A DNA stretch of 64,000 bases from an uncultured Clostridia bacterium (GCA_947168855.1 CAMVNO010000003.1:24574-88573); one strand, 5' to 3'. Counted from the first letter of the stretch, positions 1 to 9,708 are shown. Notes: a model not told the origin generated them from the sequence alone. Numbers and translations: made by a program.

Positions 1-32
1 TAAGATTTATATTATTTTGAAAGGGGACACGC

Positions 33-1043
33 ATGGTCACCATTACGGATATTTCCAAGGCATGCGGCGTATCCCGCGCAACGGTCAGCAAAGCGCTTAA
101 CGGCGCGCCGGACATTGCGCCGAAGACTGCGGCGCGGATCCGCGAGCAGGCGAAAGCGCTCGGATATCTGCCGAACGCCACGGCGAGAGCGCTGAAAGTC
201 GGCAGAAGCTACAACATCGGCGTGCTGTTCTCGGACACAACGGGCGGCGGCATCACGCACGAGTACTTTTCGCAGATCCTTGAAAGCGCGAAAGCCGAAG
301 CGGAGCGGCTCGGCTACGATATCACCTTCATCAGCAAGGATCTCGGCGCGATGTCGATGGACTATTACGAGCATGCGAAGTACCGCAGCTGCGACGGCGT
401 GATCATCGCCTCGGCGGACTTCCAGGATCCGGCGATCATCCGGCTCGCGACGAGCGAGATTCCGACGGTCACGCTGGACTATACCTTCGACAGCAGGACG
501 TCGATCCTTTCGGACAACGTCCGCGGCATGGAAACGCTGGTGCGTTTCGTCTACGAGAACGGGCACAGGAGACTGGCGTTCATTCACGGCGAGATGACCT
601 CGGTTACGCAGAAGCGCATCGCGAGCTTCAAAAAGACCTGCGCAGCGCTCGGCATCACGGTTCCTTCGGAATACATCCGCCCGGCGGTGTATCACGATCC
701 GAGATCGAGCGGGCTCGCAACGAGGGCGATTCTGGAACTTCCGGAACGACCGACATGCATCTTCTACCCGGATGATCTTTCGTTTCTGGGCGGCATGAGC
801 GAGCTGGAGCGTCACGGCATTGCGGTGCCGAGGGACATGAGCGTCGTCGGATACGACGGCATCCCGCTCTCGCAGGTGCTTCGCCCGAAGCTCACGACCT
901 ACCGGCAGGGGGCGGAGAAGATGGGAACGGAAGCGGCAAGGCTTTTGATCGAGCAGATCGAGCATCCGGATACCTGGCTGCCGCAGAGCGTGATGGCGGA
1001 AGGCGAGCTCTTGCCGGGAAGCACCGTGCGAAACATCGGTTGA
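33..1043 (+). CDS. LacI-family transcriptional regulator
   Basis: 336-aa ORF. N-terminal HTH (ITDISKACGVSRATVSKALNG) followed by a periplasmic-binding-protein-like sugar-binding core. Lies directly upstream of the sugar ABC transporter/GH5 cluster. Confidence 0.9.
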   Translation: MVTITDISKACGVSRATVSKALNGAPDIAPKTAARIREQAKALGYLPNATARALKVGRSYNIGVLFSDTTGGGITHEYFSQILESAKAEAERLGYDITFISKDLGAMSMDYYEHAKYRSCDGVIIASADFQDPAIIRLATSEIPTVTLDYTFDSRTSILSDNVRGMETLVRFVYENGHRRLAFIHGEMTSVTQKRIASFKKTCAALGITVPSEYIRPAVYHDPRSSGLATRAILELPERPTCIFYPDDLSFLGGMSELERHGIAVPRDMSVVGYDGIPLSQVLRPKLTTYRQGAEKMGTEAARLLIEQIEHPDTWLPQSVMAEGELLPGSTVRNIG

Positions 1044-1120
1044 AACGCGCAAGCGTTTTGATAATAAGAAAAACGGAGCCGAAAAGGTTTCAAAAAACAA
1101 AATAAAAAGGAGTAACAATC

Positions 1121-2590
1121 ATGAAGAAACTGGTCGCAATCCTGATGGCAGCGCTGATGCTCGTCGGCATCGTCGCCTGCACCGCGAAGCCCGCGGAACA
1201 GCCCGCGGCGGAACAGCCCGCAGCGGAACAGCCCGCGGCGGAACAGCCCGCAGCGGAACAGCCCGCAGCGGAACAGCCCGCGGCGGAACAGCCTGCGGCG
1301 GAAGAACCCGCAACGGAAGAACCCGCAGCGGAAGAACCCGCGGCTGAAGAGCCTGCGGCGGAAGAGCCTGTGGCACAGGGCAAGGTGTTCAACATCTATG
1401 CCTGGAATGTAGAATTCAAGGGATTCTTCGAGAAGTACTACACCGTTCCGGAAGGCGTCACCGTCAACTGGATCATCACCCCGAGCGACAACGGCGCATA
1501 TCAGCAGAAGCTCGACGAAGCGCTCCTGAATCAGGAGAACGCGGCGGACGACGAAAAGATCGACCTGTTCCTCGCGGAAGCGGACTACATCGGCAAGTAT
1601 GTTGATTCCGACTACACGATGGATATCAGCAAGATCGGCTTCACCAATGCCGACACGATGTATGACTACACCATCAAGGCGGCTTCCGATGTGAACGGCG
1701 TTTGCAAGGGCGTTTCCTTCCAGTGCTGCCCGGCGGCGGTCATCTACCGCAAGAGCATCGCCAAGGACGTTCTCGGCACCGACGATCCGGCAGAAGTCCA
1801 GGCGGCAATCGATTCCTGGGAGAAGTTCGATGCAGTTGCGGCTCAGGCAAAGGAAAAGGGCTATCTGATGACCGCTTCCTTCGCAGAGACCTTCCGTGCA
1901 TTCTCCAACAACTGCACCATGCCGTGGGTTGACGCAAACGACAATCTCCAGTTTGACCCGCAGATCACCAAGTGGATCGAGCAGACCGACAACTACATCA
2001 AGAACGGCTACACCCTGACCGCAGGCGTTTGGGATCCGGAAAAGACCAATGAGATGTTTGCAGACGGCAAGACCATGTGCTTCTTCGGACCGGCATGGTA
2101 CTACAACTTCTGCATGACCAACGCGATGGATCCCGAGAAGGGCTGCGTCGGCGACTGGCGCATCGTCATGGGTCCGCAGGCATATTTCTGGGGCGGCACG
2201 TGGCTGCTGGCAGCAACCGGCTCCGACAACACCGAAATGCTGAAGGACATCTTTGAGACATTCACCATCAATGAGGACGTCTGCACGAAGCTCGTTGAGA
2301 ACGAAGGTCAGTATCCGAACAACACCAAGGTTGCGGAGAAGTTCGCAAACGATCCGAACTGGGGCAACACCATGATCCTTGACGGTCAGAACGACACCGC
2401 GATCTTTGCAGAGCTTGCGAAGGACATCAAGTGGGAGAACCACACCAACTATGACCAGATCCTGAACGAGGGTCTGCAGAACAAACTGCAGGAGTACTTC
2501 AACGGCTCCGTTGACTACGAGACCGCTATGAACAACTTCTATCAGCTGATCAAGGAAACCTATCCGAACATCAAGCTGCCTGCAGCGTAA
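1121..2590 (+). CDS. ABC transporter extracellular solute-binding lipoprotein (carbohydrate type)
   Basis: 489 aa. Signal peptide with lipobox (LMLVGIVAC), then a repetitive AEQPA/AEEPA linker, then an SBP-like body. RBS aaaggag lies upstream. Followed by two permease genes. Confidence 0.85.
   Translation: MKKLVAILMAALMLVGIVACTAKPAEQPAAEQPAAEQPAAEQPAAEQPAAEQPAAEQPAAEEPATEEPAAEEPAAEEPAAEEPVAQGKVFNIYAWNVEFKGFFEKYYTVPEGVTVNWIITPSDNGAYQQKLDEALLNQENAADDEKIDLFLAEADYIGKYVDSDYTMDISKIGFTNADTMYDYTIKAASDVNGVCKGVSFQCCPAAVIYRKSIAKDVLGTDDPAEVQAAIDSWEKFDAVAAQAKEKGYLMTASFAETFRAFSNNCTMPWVDANDNLQFDPQITKWIEQTDNYIKNGYTLTAGVWDPEKTNEMFADGKTMCFFGPAWYYNFCMTNAMDPEKGCVGDWRIVMGPQAYFWGGTWLLAATGSDNTEMLKDIFETFTINEDVCTKLVENEGQYPNNTKVAEKFANDPNWGNTMILDGQNDTAIFAELAKDIKWENHTNYDQILNEGLQNKLQEYFNGSVDYETAMNNFYQLIKETYPNIKLPAA
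1190..1369 (+). repeat. In-frame 15-bp tandem repeat (12 units) encoding 7x AEQPA plus 5x AEEPA linker
   Basis: Direct reading shows gcggaacagcccgc(g/a) units followed by gcggaagaacccgc units. Two antisense low-complexity ORFs in the track are shadows of this repeat. Confidence 0.95.
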
Positions 2591-2661
2591 GCTGACAGCA
2601 TACTGCGGCAGGGGCTTCCCCTGCCGCAGTGTTTCATCTGAACTTCTCGGAGGAGAATCCT

Positions 2662-3645
2662 ATGGAAAAGATCCAAACGGGAACCGGCAAAAAGCTGAAG
2701 TCCGTGAGCTATGCAAAATGGGGGTACATTTTCATAGCGCCGTTCTTTCTTGCATATATCGTCTTTACGCTCGTCCCGCAATTATTGACCATATACAACA
2801 GTTTTTTTGAGACGTATCGAATCGGCCTTCAGCAGATCGGACCGAACTTTGTCGGACTGGGCAACTACAAAGCGCTGTTTCAGCCAGACCCGAACGGAAC
2901 GATCCTGATCCTGAAATACGCGCTGAACACGCTGATCCTCTGGATCGCGGGCGCGGTGCCGCAGTTTGTCATCGCAATGCTGCTCGCGTTGTTTTTCACG
3001 AGTACGCGTCTCAATATCAAGGGACAGAGCTTCTTCAAAACGGTCATTTACATGCCGAACCTCATCATGGCGGCGGCATTCTCGATGCTGTTTTACACGC
3101 TGTTTTCCCGCGTCGGACCGATCCAGGCGCTGCTCGAAAACTGGGGCGTCATCGATCACACCTTTGATTTCTTCGCCATCCGCGTCAGTGTACGCGGCAT
3201 GATCGCGCTGATGAACTTCCTCATGTGGTTCGGCAACACGACGATCGTGCTGATGGCGGGCATCATGGGCATCGATCAGTCGCTGTTCGAGTCTGCGACG
3301 ATCGACGGCGCAAACTCCGTGCAGGTGTTCTTCAAGGTCACGATGCCGCTTCTGATGCCGATCTTCGTCTATTGCCTGATCACGGCAATGATCGGCGGCA
3401 TTCAGATGTTCGATGTGCCGCAGGTTCTGAGCAAGGGCGACGGCGTGCCGAACGGCACCACGAGAACGCTCGTCATGTATCTGAACGGGTATCTGAAGAC
3501 CAGAAACCTCGGCATGTCCGGCGCAATCTCCGTGATCATGTTCATCATCACGGGCGGACTCGGCGCGATCGTGTACAAGATGCTTTCCGCGCCCTATAAA
3601 GATCAGAACCGCAAGCACAGAGAGAGAAAGGGGAATGTCCTATGA
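2662..3645 (+). CDS. Carbohydrate ABC transporter permease (MalF/BPD_transp_1 type)
   Basis: Multi-TM ORF. ATG at 2662 is preferred over 2629 because ggagga lies 8 nt upstream. Adjacent to the SBP gene and a second permease gene. Confidence 0.85.
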   Translation: MEKIQTGTGKKLKSVSYAKWGYIFIAPFFLAYIVFTLVPQLLTIYNSFFETYRIGLQQIGPNFVGLGNYKALFQPDPNGTILILKYALNTLILWIAGAVPQFVIAMLLALFFTSTRLNIKGQSFFKTVIYMPNLIMAAAFSMLFYTLFSRVGPIQALLENWGVIDHTFDFFAIRVSVRGMIALMNFLMWFGNTTIVLMAGIMGIDQSLFESATIDGANSVQVFFKVTMPLLMPIFVYCLITAMIGGIQMFDVPQVLSKGDGVPNGTTRTLVMYLNGYLKTRNLGMSGAISVIMFIITGGLGAIVYKMLSAPYKDQNRKHRERKGNVL

Positions 3646-4511
3646 ATAAGAGAATCAGCGACAATACCCTCGGAAAGATCAAGCTGATCGTTCTCCGCGT
3701 GATCGTCTATGCGATCCTCGTGTTTCTGACGTTCCTTTGTCTGTTCTTCTTTTATCTGATGATTGTCAACGCATCGCGTTCGAACGCGGAGCTTGCAACC
3801 GGCTTCTCGATCCTGCCGAAGGGGAATTTCTTTGTGAACCTCAAGAATGCGTGGAACGATGATTCGATCAACATCCCGCGCGGCATGCTGAACAGTCTGA
3901 TCATTGCGGTAAGCAGCGCGATCATCACGACGTATTTCTCCGCGCTGACCGCATACGGGATTCATGCATACAATTTCCGCGGAAAGAAATTCGTGTTCAC
4001 GTTCATCATGGCGATCATGATGATTCCGTCGCAGGTTTCGGCGCTCGGCTTTTTACAGATGATGAACAAAATGCACCTTACGAACAGCTATATTCCGCTG
4101 ATCGTTCCGGGCATCGCGGCGCCGGTTGTGTTCTTCTATATGAAGCAGTACATGGAAAGCGTGCTGCCGCTTGACGTCATCGACGCGGCGCGCGTGGACG
4201 GATCGAATGAGTTCCGCACGTTCAATACGATCGTGCTGCCGATGATCAAGCCGGCGCTCGCAGTACAAATGATCTTCTCGTTTGTGAGCTCGTGGAACAA
4301 CTATTTCGTGCCCGCGCTGCTGCTCGACAAGGCGGAGATGAAAACCGTCCCGATCATGATCGCGCAGCTGAGAAGCGCAGACTACTCGAAGTTCGATATG
4401 GGCAAGGTGTATATGTTCATCCTGCTGGCAATTCTGCCGGTCATGATCGTTTACGTCATTCTGTCCAAGTCGATTATCAAAGGCGTTACCGCAGGCAGCG
4501 TTAAAGGGTAA
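3642..4511 (+). CDS. Carbohydrate ABC transporter permease (MalG type)
   Basis: 289 aa, multi-TM. Its start overlaps the stop of the upstream permease by 4 nt. The EAA-like loop region (DAARVDGSNEFRTFNTIVLPMIKPAL) is typical of sugar permeases. Confidence 0.88.
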   Translation: MNKRISDNTLGKIKLIVLRVIVYAILVFLTFLCLFFFYLMIVNASRSNAELATGFSILPKGNFFVNLKNAWNDDSINIPRGMLNSLIIAVSSAIITTYFSALTAYGIHAYNFRGKKFVFTFIMAIMMIPSQVSALGFLQMMNKMHLTNSYIPLIVPGIAAPVVFFYMKQYMESVLPLDVIDAARVDGSNEFRTFNTIVLPMIKPALAVQMIFSFVSSWNNYFVPALLLDKAEMKTVPIMIAQLRSADYSKFDMGKVYMFILLAILPVMIVYVILSKSIIKGVTAGSVKG

Positions 4512-4600
4512 TTTTGCATTACCTTCCCTCCTGATAACCGCTCTGAGCTGTCAGAGCGGTTTCTTTTGAACAATACAGCATGAAGGATAGGAGCATCAAT

Positions 4601-5629
4601 ATGAAAATTTGGAACGGATATCAAAAAGGCGTCAATCTCGGCGGCTGGTTTTCCCAGTGCGATCACACGAAGGAACGGTACGACGGCTTCATCCGCGATG
4701 AGGATTTCGCGGTGATCAGGAGCTGGGGCGCGGATCACGTTCGCGTGCCGATCGACTATGAGCTGCTGGAGGACAGAAACGGAACGCCGATCGAGGACGG
4801 ATACCGGCGTCTCAAAAAGACGGTCGATCTGTGCCGGCGAAACGGGCTCAACATGATCCTTGATCTGCACAAGACGGCGGGCTTCTCCTTCGACGCAAAC
4901 GAGGGTGAAGCGGGATTCTTTGACAACGAAGCGTACCAGGAACGGTTTTACCGGCTTTGGGAACGCATTGCGGCGCGTTTCGGAAACGACGCGGACATGC
5001 TGGCGTTCGAGCTGCTGAACGAGGTGACGGACAAGGAATACTGCGATACGTGGAACCGGATCGCGGCGACCTGTATCCGCCGCATCCGGACGATCGCGCC
5101 GGACGTATGGATCCTCGTGGGCGGGTACTATCACAACAGCGCCGTTGCGGTCAAGGACATCGACGTGCCGAACGACGGCCGCATCGTCTATAACTTCCAT
5201 TGCTATGAGCCGCTGATCTTCACGCATCAGGGCGCGGACTGGATCCCCACAATGGATCCCGCGTTCCGCATCCCGGTCACGGCGACCTTTGCGGAAATGG
5301 CGGAGGCGGACGTTCGCATGGGAACGCTGTCCTGCGCGGGGTACGACCGGTTTCCGATGGACACGGTACTTTCGCCCGCGTATTTCGAAGCGTTCATGGC
5401 GGAGGCCGCCGCAGTCGCCGAAAAGAAAAATGTACCGCTGTATTGCGGCGAATACGGCGTGATCGACCGCGCAAACCCGGAAGACGCCGTCGCATGGTTC
5501 CGCATGATCCATACGGCGTTTGAAAAGTACGGCATCGGACGCGCGGCGTGGAGCTACCGCGAAATGGATTTCGGTCTTTCCGACGCGCGCATGGACGCCG
5601 TGCGGGAAGAACTGCTGCGATATCTGTGA
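4601..5629 (+). CDS. Glycoside hydrolase family 5 (cellulase/mannanase-like)
   Basis: Has GVNLGGWF near the N-terminus, a FELLNEV acid/base motif and a GEYG nucleophile region. ATG 4601 is preceded by aggag. Confidence 0.8.
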   Translation: MKIWNGYQKGVNLGGWFSQCDHTKERYDGFIRDEDFAVIRSWGADHVRVPIDYELLEDRNGTPIEDGYRRLKKTVDLCRRNGLNMILDLHKTAGFSFDANEGEAGFFDNEAYQERFYRLWERIAARFGNDADMLAFELLNEVTDKEYCDTWNRIAATCIRRIRTIAPDVWILVGGYYHNSAVAVKDIDVPNDGRIVYNFHCYEPLIFTHQGADWIPTMDPAFRIPVTATFAEMAEADVRMGTLSCAGYDRFPMDTVLSPAYFEAFMAEAAAVAEKKNVPLYCGEYGVIDRANPEDAVAWFRMIHTAFEKYGIGRAAWSYREMDFGLSDARMDAVREELLRYL

Positions 5630-5713
5630 TTATTCGAAAAGCCTCTTCGGAGGCTTTTTCTTGAATTCAGCGCCGAACCGCCGTATAATGGCAGTGTACA
5701 AAGGAGCTGTGCG

Positions 5714-7471
5714 ATGAAAAAACGTTCCGACATGATCACAAACCTGTTTTTCCGGCTGCTTCCGGTGCAGATCCTTCTGCTTGCCATCGGAAGCATCAAT
5801 TCCGTGATCGACGGCGTTATGGCGAGCAATTTCATCGGTGCGAATGCCATGACCGTGACCGGTCTCTATATGCCGCTCATCAAGGTTGCGGAAACGATCA
5901 ACGTCGTGCTGCTGGGCGGCTCGCAGATCCTGTGCGGACAGTTCCTCGGCAAGAATCAGGTCGATCGCACGCGGAAGGTGTTTTCGCTGGACATGATCCT
6001 GATCGTGTCGGTCTCCGTCCTCTTTACATTGATCTCCTTGCTCTTTCCGATGAGCCTTGCCCGCGCGGTCGGCGCGGACGCGCAAAGCGCGGAAGGACTC
6101 AGAGACTATATCCTCGGAATGGCGATCGGCGTTCTGCCGCAGATGCTAGGCATGCAGCTGACCGCGTTTCTGCAGCTTGAACAGCAGCAGAAGCGCACCT
6201 ATGTCGGGATCGGGCTGATGATGCTCGTCAACGCCGCGCTCGATTATCTCTTCATCGTTGTGCTGCGCATGGGCATGTTCGGGCTCGGACTTTCCACCTC
6301 GATCAGTTACTGGGCGTTCTTCCTTATGCTCGGCCTGTATTATTTCAAAAAGAAAGCGATCATCCGGTTCTCGCCGCGCGGTCTTAAGCGGTCGGACCTT
6401 TGGTCGATCATTCGCATCGGCATTCCCGGCGCGATCACAACGCTGTGCCTGTCGATCCGCGGCTTTGTCCTGAACGCGCTGCTGCTGAATGTTTCCGGCG
6501 GGGACGGTGTTGCCGCGCTTGCGGCGCTGAACACGTTCGGCGGGCTTCTGTACGCGGTGTCGGGCGGGCTTGCTGCGACGACGCGGCTGCTGGTCAGCGT
6601 GTATGCGGGCGAGGAGGATCGCGACGGCATCATAAGGATCATGAAAGCCGCGCTGTATAAAGGCGTTCCGATTGTGTGCGGCGTCGCTTTGCTGACTGCT
6701 TGTCTTGCGGTCCCGCTTACCCGTGCGTTCTTTCAGGATCCCGGCAGCAGCGTCTTTTTCCTGACAAAATGGCTGTTCCGGATCTATCCGCTGTGCATGC
6801 CGCTGTCCGCGATCTGCGTGATTTTCACCAATTACAATCAGAGCATGGCGCGCATGAAGATCGTGCATGTGCTGTCCGTCATGGACGGGCTTCTCGGCAC
6901 ATGCCTTGCTTCGCTGGCGCTTGCGCCGCTGTGCGGCGCGATCGGCGTGTGGATCGCGCATGTGCTGAACGGCGTGTTCACCACGGTCGCCGTCGTTGTG
7001 TATGCGATCCTCATGCGGAAGCGGTTCCCACGGTCGACGGAGGATCTGATCGCGATCCCGGACGGTTTCGGCGTGCCGGACGAGCGGAGGCTTTCGATCC
7101 CGATCCGCAATGCACAGGAGGTAACCAACGCGTCCGAACGGATCATGGCATTCTGCAGCGCGCGGGGGATCGATCGGAAGCATGCGTATTATACGGGGCT
7201 GTGCATGGAGGAGCTGGCGGCAAATATCACGGAGCACGGGTTCAACGACGGAAAACCGCACACAGCGGAGATCCGCGTCGTGCAGAAGGACGACGGACTG
7301 CTGCTGCGCATCAAGGACGACTGCCGCGCGTTCAACCCGCAGGAGGCGATGGAGCTGATGGATCCGAAGGATGTCACGCACAACATCGGTCTGCGCATCG
7401 TGCAACGGTACGCCAAGAAGATGTACTATAACAGCGCTTTGGGGCTCAACGTGATCACGATCGAGCTGTAA
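5714..7471 (+). CDS. MATE-like multi-TM protein fused to a C-terminal GHKL/SpoIIAB-like ATPase domain
   Basis: 585 aa. About 440 aa form a 12-TM MATE-like core. The tail (EELAANITEHGF...LLLRIKDDCRAFNP...GLRIV) looks like HATPase_c_2. Confidence 0.7.
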   Translation: MKKRSDMITNLFFRLLPVQILLLAIGSINSVIDGVMASNFIGANAMTVTGLYMPLIKVAETINVVLLGGSQILCGQFLGKNQVDRTRKVFSLDMILIVSVSVLFTLISLLFPMSLARAVGADAQSAEGLRDYILGMAIGVLPQMLGMQLTAFLQLEQQQKRTYVGIGLMMLVNAALDYLFIVVLRMGMFGLGLSTSISYWAFFLMLGLYYFKKKAIIRFSPRGLKRSDLWSIIRIGIPGAITTLCLSIRGFVLNALLLNVSGGDGVAALAALNTFGGLLYAVSGGLAATTRLLVSVYAGEEDRDGIIRIMKAALYKGVPIVCGVALLTACLAVPLTRAFFQDPGSSVFFLTKWLFRIYPLCMPLSAICVIFTNYNQSMARMKIVHVLSVMDGLLGTCLASLALAPLCGAIGVWIAHVLNGVFTTVAVVVYAILMRKRFPRSTEDLIAIPDGFGVPDERRLSIPIRNAQEVTNASERIMAFCSARGIDRKHAYYTGLCMEELAANITEHGFNDGKPHTAEIRVVQKDDGLLLRIKDDCRAFNPQEAMELMDPKDVTHNIGLRIVQRYAKKMYYNSALGLNVITIEL

Positions 7472-7563
7472 ACCAAACGATTGATCAACCGGGAAAAGGA
7501 GATTGTATTTATGAGCAGATCCAGCTCGGCGCATTCTTCCTGTTTCCCGGTCTGTTTCTGACC

Positions 7564-8904
7564 GTGTTCCATGAGACCAGGGATCTGGTCGTTTCTCTGA
7601 TCCAAGGGACGTTCTCGTTCTCGGCACAGGCGCCGGGGCTTGTGACGCTTCTGATTCTATTTGTGGTCACGGCACTGTGGGGACGCTTCTTCTGCGGGTA
7701 TCTCTGCTCGTTCGGCGCAATGCAGGAGCTTGTTGCGTTTGCTTCCCGTAAGATCATTCCGCGAAAAAAGCGCATTCCCGAAAAGATGGATCGCATTCTG
7801 AAGTTTCTGAAATATGCGGTTCTGTTCGCGATCGTGCTCTTTGTGTGGGTACTGCAGCTTCCGATTGACAGCTCGTTCTCCCCGTGGGGCGTGTTCGGCA
7901 TGCTCATTTCAGGCAACGGCAGCGTCATGCTTTCCGCAATCCCGACCGTCGGCTTTGCGATCCTTGTCGCGATCCTGATCGCTTCATTCTTTGTCGAGCG
8001 GTTCTTCTGCCGCTATCTCTGCCCGCTCGGCGCGCTGTTCACACCGGCGTCCAAGGGACGGCTGTTCCGCATCCGCCGGAAGGCGTCTGTCTGCAGCGGC
8101 TGCGCGAAATGTTCCCGCACCTGTGCCATGGGCGTGACCGTGCATGAGAACGATCATGTCACAAGCGGCGAATGCATCGACTGTATGCGCTGCATGGGCG
8201 TGTGCGCGCCGGAAGCGCTCACGGCAAATCCGCATCCCGCAATTGCGGGAACGGCTTCCGCACTCGTTTTGTGCGGTGCGCTCGGCGTCAGCCGCATGAT
8301 CCCGGTTCAGAGCAGCACGACGGAGGCGGTCGCCTCGGCAGACGTTGCGCAAGAGCAGGGACGTTATGCGGACGGCGTCTATACCGGCAGCGGCACGGGC
8401 TTCCGCGGCGACGTCACATCCAAGGTGACCGTGCAGAACGGCATGATCACGGATATCACGATCCTTTCCTATCGCGACGATTCGGATTATTTCAGCCGCG
8501 CGCAGTCCGGCGTTATCGGCGCGATTCTGTCTTCGCAGACGCCGCAGGTCAACGCGGTCAGCGGCGCGACGTTCTCCTCCTACGGTATCATGGAATCGGT
8601 TGCGGACGCGCTGCAGCTTGTCGAGATCAAGGACGCGGTCGCAGAGCAGTCAGAGAGCGCCGAGCAGAACAGATCACAAGGTATGAAGCAGCGCGAGGGT
8701 GAGGGCTTCACCATGCAGCCGAACGGCGATTCGCAGAAGAAAATCCGGAACTGGTTCCCCTGTACCGGGAAATCTACACAACCGGCAGCCGCCGGTATTG
8801 GGAGACGCTCGATGCCGGACTGCGGGGATATGCGGAAAGCGCGGGGCTTCTCTATGTGCGTGACGACGACAGCATGCAGCAACCGTTTGACGCGCCGCCG
8901 GTGA
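7564..8904 (+). CDS. Membrane 4Fe-4S-binding protein with C-terminal FMN-binding domain (both ends of the gene model doubtful)
   Basis: Motifs FCGYLCSFGA and FCRYLCPLGA, two Cys clusters (CSGCAKCSRTC, CIDCMRCMGVC) and an FMN_bind-like segment (VNAVSGATFSS). Protein-like sequence continues upstream of 7564 in the same frame with no ATG. The 3' 100 codons look non-native. Confidence 0.65.
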   Translation: MFHETRDLVVSLIQGTFSFSAQAPGLVTLLILFVVTALWGRFFCGYLCSFGAMQELVAFASRKIIPRKKRIPEKMDRILKFLKYAVLFAIVLFVWVLQLPIDSSFSPWGVFGMLISGNGSVMLSAIPTVGFAILVAILIASFFVERFFCRYLCPLGALFTPASKGRLFRIRRKASVCSGCAKCSRTCAMGVTVHENDHVTSGECIDCMRCMGVCAPEALTANPHPAIAGTASALVLCGALGVSRMIPVQSSTTEAVASADVAQEQGRYADGVYTGSGTGFRGDVTSKVTVQNGMITDITILSYRDDSDYFSRAQSGVIGAILSSQTPQVNAVSGATFSSYGIMESVADALQLVEIKDAVAEQSESAEQNRSQGMKQREGEGFTMQPNGDSQKKIRNWFPCTGKSTQPAAAGIGRRSMPDCGDMRKARGFSMCVTTTACSNRLTRRR

Positions 8905-8960
8905 TCGTCAATTACTTTTACCACGAGGAAGTCAAGAAATCTGCGAAAAAAGACAGGTAA
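8703..8960 (+). pseudogene. C-terminal remnant resembling the tail of a SplB-like (COG1533) radical SAM protein
   Basis: Frame 3 is open from the TGA at 8700 to the TAA at 8958. It reads ...NPELVPLYREIYTTGSRRYWETLDAGLRGYAESAGLLYVRDD...VIVNYFYHEEVKK and has no start codon. Family assignment is from memory only. Confidence 0.35.
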
Positions 8961-9000
8961 AACTTTATCCTGCGCGTGGGCGTTTCGATGAGATAACAAT

Positions 9001-9630
9001 ATGAACATGCAAGAATACGGAAATCAAGCGTCAAAAACAGTCCTCATACAACCGGTTGACGATCACGACCTTGCGCTGATCGAAAGCGAGGTCGCCGCGA
9101 TCCGCGAAACAACGGACGACTTCCGTTTGATTGCGGTGAAAGTCAACGACTGGAACAAAGATCTGTCCCCGTGGGACGCGCCGCCGGTGTTCGGTTCGGA
9201 ACGCTTCGGTAACGGGGCAGACGGCTTTCTCAAAGAGATTCTTCCGCTTTGCACGGACAGAAGCAAAATATATTTCATCGGCGGATACTCGCTTGCGGGA
9301 CTGTTCGCACTGTGGGCGGCATATCAGACGGATACGTTCGCGGGCGTCGCGGCGGCGTCTCCTTCGATTTGGTTTCCGCACTTTACGGACTACATGCGGA
9401 AATATCCGATCCGCTTGAGACGCGTGTATCTGAGCCTGGGCGATCGGGAAGAACGAACGCGCAATCCCGTCCTGGCAACGGTCGGCACGAGGATCACCGA
9501 AGCGCACGGTCTGCTGCGCGCGCAGGGCGTTGACTGCGTGTTCGAATGGAATCCGGGCAATCATTTTCAAGATCCGGATAAGCGAACCGCCAAGGCCTTC
9601 GCCCGGCTTCTTTCTGACGGAACAATGTGA
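9001..9630 (+). CDS. Alpha/beta hydrolase (esterase family)
   Basis: 209 aa with the nucleophile elbow GGYSLAG and esterase-like spacing. Confidence 0.7.
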   Translation: MNMQEYGNQASKTVLIQPVDDHDLALIESEVAAIRETTDDFRLIAVKVNDWNKDLSPWDAPPVFGSERFGNGADGFLKEILPLCTDRSKIYFIGGYSLAGLFALWAAYQTDTFAGVAAASPSIWFPHFTDYMRKYPIRLRRVYLSLGDREERTRNPVLATVGTRITEAHGLLRAQGVDCVFEWNPGNHFQDPDKRTAKAFARLLSDGTM

Positions 9631-9679
9631 TCGGGAAAACACAATACCATCCCTTTGCAGAATCAGCGGATAAAACTGC

Positions 9680-9708
9680 TTGACAATTTATATTTGATGA
9701 AATATAAT
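9680..9708 (+). promoter_or_regulatory. Sigma-70-type promoter upstream of the MarR-gpx operon
   Basis: TTGACA at 9680-9685, a 17-nt spacer and TATAAT at 9703-9708, about 30 nt before the MarR start. Confidence 0.5.

Noticed and set aside
899-2443. 514-aa minus-strand ORF, plus the 101-aa and 85-aa low-complexity ORFs at 1090-1395, opposite the solute-binding protein gene
   Set aside because: These are shadow ORFs typical of GC-rich DNA. Their composition is R/G/C-rich and repetitive only because they mirror the AEQPA repeat. The plus-strand gene has a signal peptide, a lipobox, an RBS and operon context.
6146-7627. 493-aa minus-strand ORF antisense to the MATE-HATPase gene, and several 70-250-aa ORFs in other frames
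   Set aside because: The sequence is Arg/His/Asp-rich and non-protein-like, with no RBS. The plus-strand ORF has a coherent TM and domain architecture.
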